A stretch of DNA of 14,506 nt from Nanobdellota archaeon (GTDB taxonomy: Archaea; Nanobdellota; Nanobdellia; Nanobdellales; Nanobdellaceae): contig JAIXNB010000007.1 of NCBI GenBank assembly GCA_020697515.1, positions 1 through 14,506 on the forward strand. Direction: 5' to 3'. Of this stretch, positions 7,967 to 14,362 are shown in pieces (within the stretch, counting starts at the first letter, position 1; every line of letters starts with the position of its first letter). A program made the translations under genes and the position numbers. The notes under the pieces were generated by a model. That model was not told the origin of the DNA and made no database searches. It saw nothing but the letters and a program-made list of their open reading frames with translations.

Positions 7967-8206
7967 TTACTGATAATATATACAACACTTAAATATATAA
8001 CCAAACTTATAATTTTGCAAAATGTTATTTTTGAAGACTCTGTAGCTCCAACTGTTCTAATATTTCTAAAAGCGACTTAAATTATCTACAATAGAAAAAA
8101 GTAATTATATGAATTAAATTCTAAGAGGCAAAGCTTTAGAGATATAGTAGAATTGAACAGAAGATATCCTTTTTGTTGTAGTGGAAAAATGAATAATCTC
8201 AGAACT

Positions 8207-8327
8207 GACCTCCTCCCCGCCCTAAGGTGTGAGGGCTCCAGAGAGAGTGGGGAGGGTTAGGATCACATTCCTTTCGTTCAGCCCAGGGTTGAGTCTTCTG
8301 CTCTAAAGGATGAGGCTTTTAGTTGTA
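8207..8327 (+). ncRNA. GC-rich intergenic element, expanded copy B (candidate novel structured RNA, ~121 nt)
   Basis: The 5' end GACCTCCTCCCCGCCCTAAGG and the 3' end CTCTAAAGGATGAGGCTTTTAGTTGTA match the two halves of copies A and C. About 75 nt of extra GC-rich sequence lies between them. A long hairpin is predicted at 8207-8264 (details in findings). It is a sharp GC island in AT-rich spacer, ending 50 nt upstream of the rps6e ATG. Confidence 0.5.
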
Positions 8328-8376
8328 TGATTATGCAAAAAATAATATTCTTAAAATTTTTATAGATGGAACATAG

Positions 8377-8769
8377 ATGGCAAGACCCAAACAATTAATA
8401 TTTAAGGTAGTAATATCTGATCCAAAAAGTAGCAAAGCTATTCAATTGGAGACTCAGGATAAATTTCTGTTAGGTAAGAAAATAGGCGACGTCATTGATG
8501 CAACACCATTGGGATTAGAGGGGTATAAGATTAAAATTACAGGAGGATCTGATTTTGGAGGGGCTCCAATGGTACCTTATGTTGAAGGAACCGTTAAAAA
8601 ATATGTTTGGTGGAGAGTTGATAAGAGAACGAGAGTTAAAAAGCTAGTTAGAGGGAATACAATATCTGAAGAAATAGTCCAAGTTAATACTGTTGTAGAA
8701 GAATATGGACAAAGATCATTCGAAGAGATCTATAACGAGTGGAAACAACAAAAAACCAACCAACAATAG
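8377..8769 (+). CDS. rps6e: 30S ribosomal protein S6e
   Basis: The 130-aa ORF has FKVVISDP..., GKKIGDVIDATPLGLEGYKIKITGGSDFGGAPM and VRGNTISEEIVQVN, the archaeal S6e signature blocks. Confidence 0.9.
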   Translation: MARPKQLIFKVVISDPKSSKAIQLETQDKFLLGKKIGDVIDATPLGLEGYKIKITGGSDFGGAPMVPYVEGTVKKYVWWRVDKRTRVKKLVRGNTISEEIVQVNTVVEEYGQRSFEEIYNEWKQQKTNQQ

Positions 8770-8797
8770 TAGTCTTGCCGACTATTAGGCCTTTTAA

Positions 8798-9096
8798 TTA
8801 ATATAAAGCCCTTTCGTTTTTAATAATATTTTTCACTATTAATATCACTTCACCAATCTTTTGCCCATCCTTGAAGAACAGCAATAATTTTTTATTCTTA
8901 AATCTTTATTCTTTAGTAAGTATTCCCAGGTTTTCTATAGTAATAAAATTCTTCAACGAGTTCTAGAATCGTATACGACAGGTAAGATGATATACAGGGC
9001 TGAATAGAACCTTTTAGATCTCTATAGGCGTTTCTTATGTACCATAGAATTAATTTAAGTTTTCAAACTTCCATATAGAACAGGGCATATCTTCAT
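8798..9096 (-). pseudogene. Possible thioredoxin/glutaredoxin-fold gene remnant (fragmented)
   Basis: Minus-strand fragments in three frames are MKICPVLYGSLKT*, DLKGSIQPCISSYLSYTILELVEEFYYYRKPGNTY* and KKLLLFFKDGQKIGEVILIVKNIIKNERALY*. The last resembles the thioredoxin-fold C-terminal (P)TLLLFKDG..v pattern, and the middle one resembles the xPC...LEELAEEY region. The total span of 299 nt fits a ~95-aa ancestor. This was judged by eye only. Confidence 0.3.
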
Positions 9097-9148
9097 TATC
9101 TTAATTATAATCTCACATTTTCTTACAATTTACACTTAGCTATGAGAC

Positions 9149-9805
9149 TTAAAAGATAAGTTTATATATCTCTTTCAATTTCTTTACATCGATCTGTCCA
9201 GGTGCAGAGGATTTACCTTCCATAGATGCAAAGGTTAATATACTCCCAAAGTAGGTTCCGAGTATTCTTGTTAATTTACCCTTTCTTCCCATCCCAACAC
9301 CTATTATCTTCCCTTCAAACTTCTGTATAACTCTTAAAATAGTTAAAATATCTCTTTTAGTATTGACCATAGTAGCAAATTTAGCAATGTCTCCTATCTG
9401 GAGTTCTTTATTTACTATGTTCAAGAGTGTGTCATAGGAAGGTGTTCTTCCAAAATTGTGGTATGAGATAATAATTTTAGTCTTTGAGTTTATATCATTC
9501 CTAAAATCAACAAGTTCCCTATTTCTTTTTTCTTTTAATTCTACATCAATGTATCTTACATTATTTTCAATTGCTGTTTTATATAGTTTTACCCTTCTAT
9601 CATAATCTCCTCTGTATCTCCCTCCTTCCCAATGAGCCCTTATAGTAATAATAGAGGGATATTTAGCCATCTTTGCAATATCTTTTTTTCTGATTCTCTT
9701 AAGGTAATCTACTCTGAACTCCACAATATCTGCAACCTCTAGAGCTCTTTCAGCACTGATAAGAGCATCCTTAATATTATTTTCAATTATTGGAATACAT
9801 ATCAT
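9149..9805 (-). CDS. aroD: 3-dehydroquinate dehydratase, type I
   Basis: The 218-aa ORF has MICIPI..., [18 protein letters not shown] (catalytic His context) and IAKFATM (Schiff-base Lys context). Confidence 0.88.
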   Translation of the reverse strand: MICIPIIENNIKDALISAERALEVADIVEFRVDYLKRIRKKDIAKMAKYPSIITIRAHWEGGRYRGDYDRRVKLYKTAIENNVRYIDVELKEKRNRELVDFRNDINSKTKIIISYHNFGRTPSYDTLLNIVNKELQIGDIAKFATMVNTKRDILTILRVIQKFEGKIIGVGMGRKGKLTRILGTYFGSILTFASMEGKSSAPGQIDVKKLKEIYKLIF

Positions 9806-9857
9806 ATATTTCCATTATTTACTACATAACATAATATAAAAATTATAATAGCGATAA

Positions 9858-9913
9858 CTAATGTATGAGTTGACCTCCTCCCCGTCCTAAAGGATGAGGC
9901 TTTAAGTTGTAAA
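9858..9913 (+). repeat. GC-rich intergenic element, short copy C (candidate structured sRNA or cis element)
   Basis: Sequence is ctaatgtatgagttGACCTCCTCCCCGTCCTAAAGGATGAGGCTTTAAGTTGTAAA. The hairpin is CCCCGTCC (9880-9887) / TAAA / GGATGAGG (9892-9899). It lies in the divergent spacer between aroD and the 10206 ORF. Confidence 0.65.
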
Positions 9914-10205
9914 TTCATTCTGATTCTTTTTTAATTATATCGTTCCAAGCTTGAAGGAAATCTTAGAGAGGGTTTCAGGTCAGATTTAACTTTAGGAACT
10001 GCGTCAAATCTTCGCTTCATATTTCTTAAATACTATTATTTATATTTTCAGCTTTATACTTAACGTAGGATTTTAACTACCTTATGATAAGAATAATGAG
10101 AAATTTAATTTAATGCTCTCCTAGAGTATTATACATTAAGTAGGTGTTTGTTAGCTTTTTGTAGTTAATATAATTTTATTTAAACTAGCAGATACTATAG
10201 ATAAA

Positions 10206-10697
10206 ATGAAGAATCTGTTCTATATAGATCAGCATAAGAGATTTCCCGAAATAGCGAATGTTGTTATAGTCGCCGATAAAGGAGTTTCTGCTGTACCGAT
10301 ATACAGCTATACCAGCCTTCTAAATACAATATTTACTAAAAATAGATATGCCCATATACCATTCTATGTTGGAGTTATCCCAAGAACATATGATGAAGAA
10401 TATATTGTTCCTGCATTTATTTATACAGAATATAAGCTTCCTTTGTTTTCCTTAGCAGAACTAAAACCCCTGTTCTATTTGAAATTTGTATTAGATACAG
10501 TTTACAATGCCATAGTGGGGGTTTTGGTAAACGATGAATACGAATTATCTAAGGAGAAGGTAAAAAGAGATATCTCGGAATTATTTGGGGTTGACGGAGA
10601 GAGATTAATTATCGAATCAGAGTATAAAGCAAAAGCATATCTTATCCATACTAATAAACTCTTTGAAAGGAATTTTATAGTTATAAAAAAGAGGTGA
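10206..10697 (+). CDS. Hypothetical protein; probable divergent family-I inorganic pyrophosphatase homologue lacking most catalytic acidic residues
   Basis: The 163-aa ORF is collinear, at nearly identical residue numbers, with remembered E. coli and Sulfolobus PPase sequences. FPEIANVVIV aligns with (L/A)P(E/D)xxxVVIEIP, NRY with DR(F/V), IPFYVGVIPRT with YP(C/F)NYG(Y/F)I(N/P)xT, KLPL with (Y/N)(P/Q)L, and a C-terminal KAKAYLIHTNKLFER with AKAEIVASFER. The DxDPxD signature position reads DEEYIVP. Confidence 0.45.
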   Translation: MKNLFYIDQHKRFPEIANVVIVADKGVSAVPIYSYTSLLNTIFTKNRYAHIPFYVGVIPRTYDEEYIVPAFIYTEYKLPLFSLAELKPLFYLKFVLDTVYNAIVGVLVNDEYELSKEKVKRDISELFGVDGERLIIESEYKAKAYLIHTNKLFERNFIVIKKR

Positions 10698-10700
10698 TTT

Positions 10701-12476
10701 CTATACCCCCCAAGTAGGATTCTTTCGCCGCATTATACGAGCAATCTCCCTTAAAACTTCTTTTTCATCTTCTGTTAGAATCTCTTTATGCTGTTTATAT
10801 TTCTTGAATTCTGATTCGTCTATATAAGTATAGAGTATATCATTCTCCTCTAGATGTCTCCCTACAATAGCTCCATCAATAGAAATGGCAACTTTATCCC
10901 CTCTCCTAGCTTCATTTAATGACTTACTTTCACTTTGCATGGCTTTTACCTTCCCAACGACCTTCCCATCTTCTCTCATTAAATATGTCCCCGGTCTTAC
11001 TCTCCCCGCTAATACTTCAACCCCTACAATAGCTGGGTTAGATCTTCTAAATATATATCCTGGTAAAATAAGTATTTTTCCAGGTGGAGTAAGACTCTCT
11101 AAGACAGCTCTACTTTTCTTCACTCTCATCTCTTCAATGTACTGTTCTATTTTTTCTACAAGTCTGTATATAACATTGTCTAAAATAACTTTTAGCTTAG
11201 TAGACTTTACTAAATCTTCTACAGTCTTTTCTATATTAACATTAAAACCTAAAATAACTCCGTATACATGATCCTTCTCTCTTACAGAAAGAGCTTTCAT
11301 AATATCTTCTTTATCAATATTTCCTATATCTGCTTTTGCAATAGGTATTCCTTTTTCTTTTAGGATTCTAACTATCGCCTCCAATGTCCCCAAGGTATCC
11401 GCCTTAACCACAACCCCGATTTTATCTGTTTCAAATAAGAATTCTCCAATCTCCGATTTAATGCTTCTTTCTATCTCCTCTAGATTGTCTTTTACAACAT
11501 AAATAGGTGAACCCGGCAATGCATTTTCTATACCATCTGCAACTATTCTAATACCTGCCGCAGCGGAGACTTCATCCACTTCATAAAATCTAGTTTTTCT
11601 ATCACGAATCTCCTGTAACGGCTTTGGTTTTAACAGTATGCGGACTTTAGTTGTTTTTATACCATTTTTTGTTAAAAATGCTATCGTATCTCCTTTTCTA
11701 ATCTTTCCATCATATAATATTACATCAATCACTGTCCCAAAACCTTTAGCTTCCTTCCTCTCTAAGACAATTCCTCTACCAGAACCTTCTACATTGATTT
11801 TTAACTTTTCCTCTAAAAATCTTTGCACAAGCCCCGCAACAATTAACAATAATTCTGGTATACCTTCTCCAGTTTTTGCAGAAACAGGTATTATAGATAC
11901 TTGTTTTCTAAAATCTTGAATCCTATCAAAACGTTCAGCTTCAAAACCGAGCTCATAAAGTTGCCCAACTACTATATATAGTTTTTCTTCTAAGATCTGG
12001 AGAGCTTTCTGATTCTGGTGTTTTATTGATTCTAAAAAAGGAGAATTTTCTCTAGGGCTCCATCCTGGAATTCTATCAATTTTATTTAGAGCTATTACAA
12101 ATGGAACTTTAAATTGCTTACATATTTCAATAGCTTCGTACGTTTGTGGTTGAAATCCTTCTATGATATCTACAACTATTATGGCTAAATCTGCTACAGA
12201 TCCTCCTCTTTTTCTTAAGTTGGTAAATACTTCATGTCCTGGAGTATCTATAAATAAAAGACCAGGAATCTTTAAATCAAATTTAAAGAGATATAGTAGA
12301 GGTTTTGCTATTTCTTTTACAACTTCTATTGGTATCTCTGTTGCGCCAATATGTTGTGTTATTCCTCCAGCCTCCTTTGCAGCTACAGAAGTTTTCCTTA
12401 TTCTATCTAATAAGCTAGTTTTCCCAGAATCAACATGTCCTAGTATTACTATTATTGGGGATCTAATGCTCACCAT
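10701..12476 (-). CDS. infB: Translation initiation factor aIF5B (archaeal IF-2)
   Basis: The 591-aa ORF has G-domain motifs GHVDSGKTSLLD, DTPGHEVF, NKID and SAKTGEG, followed by beta-barrel and C-terminal domains. Its stop lies 3 nt from the convergent 10206 ORF stop. Confidence 0.95.
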   Translation of the reverse strand: MVSIRSPIIVILGHVDSGKTSLLDRIRKTSVAAKEAGGITQHIGATEIPIEVVKEIAKPLLYLFKFDLKIPGLLFIDTPGHEVFTNLRKRGGSVADLAIIVVDIIEGFQPQTYEAIEICKQFKVPFVIALNKIDRIPGWSPRENSPFLESIKHQNQKALQILEEKLYIVVGQLYELGFEAERFDRIQDFRKQVSIIPVSAKTGEGIPELLLIVAGLVQRFLEEKLKINVEGSGRGIVLERKEAKGFGTVIDVILYDGKIRKGDTIAFLTKNGIKTTKVRILLKPKPLQEIRDRKTRFYEVDEVSAAAGIRIVADGIENALPGSPIYVVKDNLEEIERSIKSEIGEFLFETDKIGVVVKADTLGTLEAIVRILKEKGIPIAKADIGNIDKEDIMKALSVREKDHVYGVILGFNVNIEKTVEDLVKSTKLKVILDNVIYRLVEKIEQYIEEMRVKKSRAVLESLTPPGKILILPGYIFRRSNPAIVGVEVLAGRVRPGTYLMREDGKVVGKVKAMQSESKSLNEARRGDKVAISIDGAIVGRHLEENDILYTYIDESEFKKYKQHKEILTEDEKEVLREIARIMRRKNPTWGV

Positions 12477-12564
12477 ACTCTTCTGCTATCCTCTTTGCAA
12501 CTATTTCGAAGTTCTTAACTCTAACCTTGCCTTTAATTAGCCCCTTTTTGAAAGCATTTATTAC

Positions 12565-13059
12565 TTATGGATCTCTCTTTTCTAAGAGATATATCAACTT
12601 CTCTAAAGTCTGTTTATCAAATAATAATATCAATGGTTTATCTATCTTCATTTCATTTAGATTAGCTTCAACTAGGCCAGATTGGGTATAATAGTAATAT
12701 CCACAACCATTTTGTGTACACAATATAAAATATTTCTCAGGGTAGATTTTCTGAAGTTCTTCATAATAAAATAGATATTCTTCTTTATTTGTAGATATTA
12801 TTTTATTTAGTTTTTCTATTAACATATTGAGCTCTGGATCCTTCTTAGATAAATTTGGCTCAAAACGATTAATTGAAGAGGATAACATACTCAGGAGATC
12901 TTCCCCAGTTATGTTAAGAGCTATATATGATCCATTTGGAATTGGGATATATAAAGTAGATATCGGACTTGTTAAGAAATAGTAAACACTAGAAGATATT
13001 ATTAATGTGGATACAAAAATTATCCCAAGAACTATCGCGTTGGTCATTGCAACTTTCAT
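12565..13059 (-). CDS. Hypothetical protein with a single N-terminal transmembrane or signal-anchor segment
   Basis: The 164-aa ORF has a hydrophobic stretch AIVLGIIFVSTLIISSSVYYF after MKVAMTN, and the rest is hydrophilic. It is co-oriented and tightly spaced, 23 nt after the ndk stop. I recognise no family. Confidence 0.6.
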   Translation of the reverse strand: MKVAMTNAIVLGIIFVSTLIISSSVYYFLTSPISTLYIPIPNGSYIALNITGEDLLSMLSSSINRFEPNLSKKDPELNMLIEKLNKIISTNKEEYLFYYEELQKIYPEKYFILCTQNGCGYYYYTQSGLVEANLNEMKIDKPLILLFDKQTLEKLIYLLEKRDP

Positions 13060-13082
13060 ACACCTTTTACGGTATATACTAT

Positions 13083-13676
13083 CTAATATATGACTTCCTC
13101 TATGTCTCTTCTGTATTCATATATTTCTTCTGGCTTAAATACAATAGATATCTCTCTATTTGCATTCTCTTCAGAATCTGAGGCATGTACAACATTTCTT
13201 ACCGACATTTTATTCCAGTTGGCATATGCAAAGGACATGTGTGAGTAATCTCCTCTAATAGTGCCTGCGGGGGCACTCATTGGTTCTGTTGGGCCAACAA
13301 GTTTTCTAATGACTTCCACGGCATTTACTCCCTCAAGAACCACAGCAACCACAGGACCAGATGTTATATATTCTATTAACCACTCCTTAACCTTTTTTCC
13401 GATAGATATTGCATCGGTAGTACCAAATTCCTCCAATGGATCTAACCCCTCTTCTTTATAACGCTCTATTAACATTGCACCAACCCTCTCATACCAATCT
13501 CTATCAAAATTATAAAACCTTTCGGCCATTTCTTTATTAAACCATAGCATTTTCAATGCTACGATTTTCAAACCAGCTTTTTCGAATCTAGAGATTATTT
13601 CTCCAATTAACCCTCTTTTAACACTATCTGGTTTTAGAATTACAAGAGTCCTCTGAATTAATGGGTGTTTCTTCAT
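13083..13676 (-). CDS. ndk: Nucleoside diphosphate kinase (long form with internal insertions)
   Basis: It has QRTLVILKPDSVKRGLIGEIISRFEKAGLKIVALKM, ITSGPVVAVVLEG.NAV, GTIRGDY and NVVHASDS (catalytic His). At 197 aa it is longer than the ~140-150 aa canonical form. Confidence 0.92.
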   Translation of the reverse strand: MKKHPLIQRTLVILKPDSVKRGLIGEIISRFEKAGLKIVALKMLWFNKEMAERFYNFDRDWYERVGAMLIERYKEEGLDPLEEFGTTDAISIGKKVKEWLIEYITSGPVVAVVLEGVNAVEVIRKLVGPTEPMSAPAGTIRGDYSHMSFAYANWNKMSVRNVVHASDSEENANREISIVFKPEEIYEYRRDIEEVIY

Positions 13677-13844
13677 TAGAAATTATTTCACTAAAAGTTT
13701 ATATTACATAAAATTATTACTGTACAATACATCTATGGTAATTTCTCAGAACCCAGCAAACTTAATTGGTTGATAGTAAAAATAAATTTGTTGCATAATG
13801 ACAAAAGATAGAATGTCGGGGATCTATAGGATATAAAAAGTAGT

Positions 13845-14045
13845 TCATTTTCTTTTAGACTTAATACCACCCCTTACATATAACTTTGTCCATGCAAGTT
13901 TTCTAGGATCTCTTTTCATTTCCCAGTTCCTTATACATTTATGAGAGCAGAAGTACAAAACAGTCCCATCATTTTTTACATACATTATTCCAGTTCCTGG
14001 CGTAATTTGTTCCCCACAAAATGAGCAAATTTTTATTATTGGCAT
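13845..14045 (-). CDS. rpl24e: 50S ribosomal protein L24e
   Basis: The 66-aa ORF has the zinc-ribbon pattern CSFCG...C.HKC with [17 protein letters not shown], typical of L24e. It starts 1 nt after the rps28e stop. Confidence 0.93.
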   Translation of the reverse strand: MPIIKICSFCGEQITPGTGIMYVKNDGTVLYFCSHKCIRNWEMKRDPRKLAWTKLYVRGGIKSKRK

Positions 14046-14046
14046 T

Positions 14047-14340
14047 TTATTTTTTAGTTTCTATTGGAGTGGCCTCTATTTCCGTTTCTCTTAACATTAA
14101 GATATCTCCTACTCTTACAGGCCCTGTAACGTTTCTTCTGATAACTTTTCCAGCATTTGGACCTTCTAATACTTTCACTAATACATGGGTTGCTTCCCCT
14201 CTCATACCAGTTCTTCCAATTATCTCAATTACTTCTGCAGGGTATGACGGGCTCCATACAATTGTATTTCCTTTAACTATGTTTTGATCGGATTGTCTAA
14301 TACCTTCCTCTTGGATTCTATCAACAGTTTTTTTGGGCAT
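14047..14340 (-). CDS. rps28e: 30S ribosomal protein S28e (with an N-terminal extension)
   Basis: The core [57 protein letters not shown] is canonical S28e. The track start at 14346 is TTG. The ATG at 14340 follows a GGTG 9 nt upstream and is preferred. Confidence 0.9.
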   Translation of the reverse strand: MPKKTVDRIQEEGIRQSDQNIVKGNTIVWSPSYPAEVIEIIGRTGMRGEATHVLVKVLEGPNAGKVIRRNVTGPVRVGDILMLRETEIEATPIETKK

Positions 14341-14362
14341 TATCAAACACCTATATTAAACT

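Noticed and set aside
7446-7973. Plus-strand ORFs 7446-7709 and 7773-7973, antisense to sufC
   Set aside because: These are shadow ORFs opposite a well-supported ABC ATPase gene. They have no recognisable motifs and a Ser/Phe/Ile-rich antisense-type composition.
8147-8160. GTAGAATTGAACAG, reminiscent of the ...GAATTGAAAG end of crenarchaeal CRISPR repeats
   Set aside because: It occurs once, with no repeat-spacer periodicity and no cas genes in the window.
8176-8256. Origin-recognition-box-like strings (GTAGTGGAAAAA at 8178-8189; CTCCAGAGAGAGTGGGGAGGG at 8236-8256)
   Set aside because: They match the archaeal ORB pattern (TCCAnTGGAAA...GGGG) only partially. There is one of each rather than inverted multiples flanking an unwinding element, and no orc1/cdc6 gene is nearby.
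8260-8272. GGATCACATTCCT, which resembles the 16S rRNA 3' terminus GGATCACCTCCT
   Set aside because: Only a contiguous 7-mer matches, there is no surrounding rRNA-like sequence, and it is compatible with chance.
8207-8327. Whether element B is a tRNA, split-tRNA half, 5S rRNA, C/D-box or H/ACA sRNA
   Set aside because: I tried to thread a cloverleaf. GGGCTCC at 8233 could serve as an acceptor, but there is no complementary D-stem, and the AGGA/TCCT helix encloses a 6-nt rather than 7-nt loop. GGGTTGAGTCTTC is not a T-arm. There is no resemblance to remembered archaeal 5S sequences. No RUGAUGA/CUGA box pairs occur with 12-nt guide spacing. An ACA does follow the 8207-8264 hairpin, but the hairpin has no two-sided pseudouridylation pocket and no K-turn or K-loop.
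8985-9003. Possible C/D-box sRNA (AGATGATA ... CTGA)
   Set aside because: The C box is imperfect (ATGATAT versus RUGAUGA). Only 7 nt separate it from the CTGA, against the expected ~12. No C'/D second half or terminal stem is present. The region is better explained as a gene remnant.
10885-12540. Plus-strand ORFs 10885-11271, 11638-11919 and 12163-12540, antisense to infB
   Set aside because: All three are embedded antisense in aIF5B. Their composition (Ser/Thr/Phe/Leu/Pro-rich) is what the reverse complement of a Glu/Lys/Ile/Gly-rich gene produces. There is no independent support.
13261-14287. Plus-strand ORFs 13261-13461 (antisense to ndk) and 14021-14287 (antisense to rps28e/rpl24e)
   Set aside because: These are shadow ORFs opposite strongly supported genes, with no motifs.
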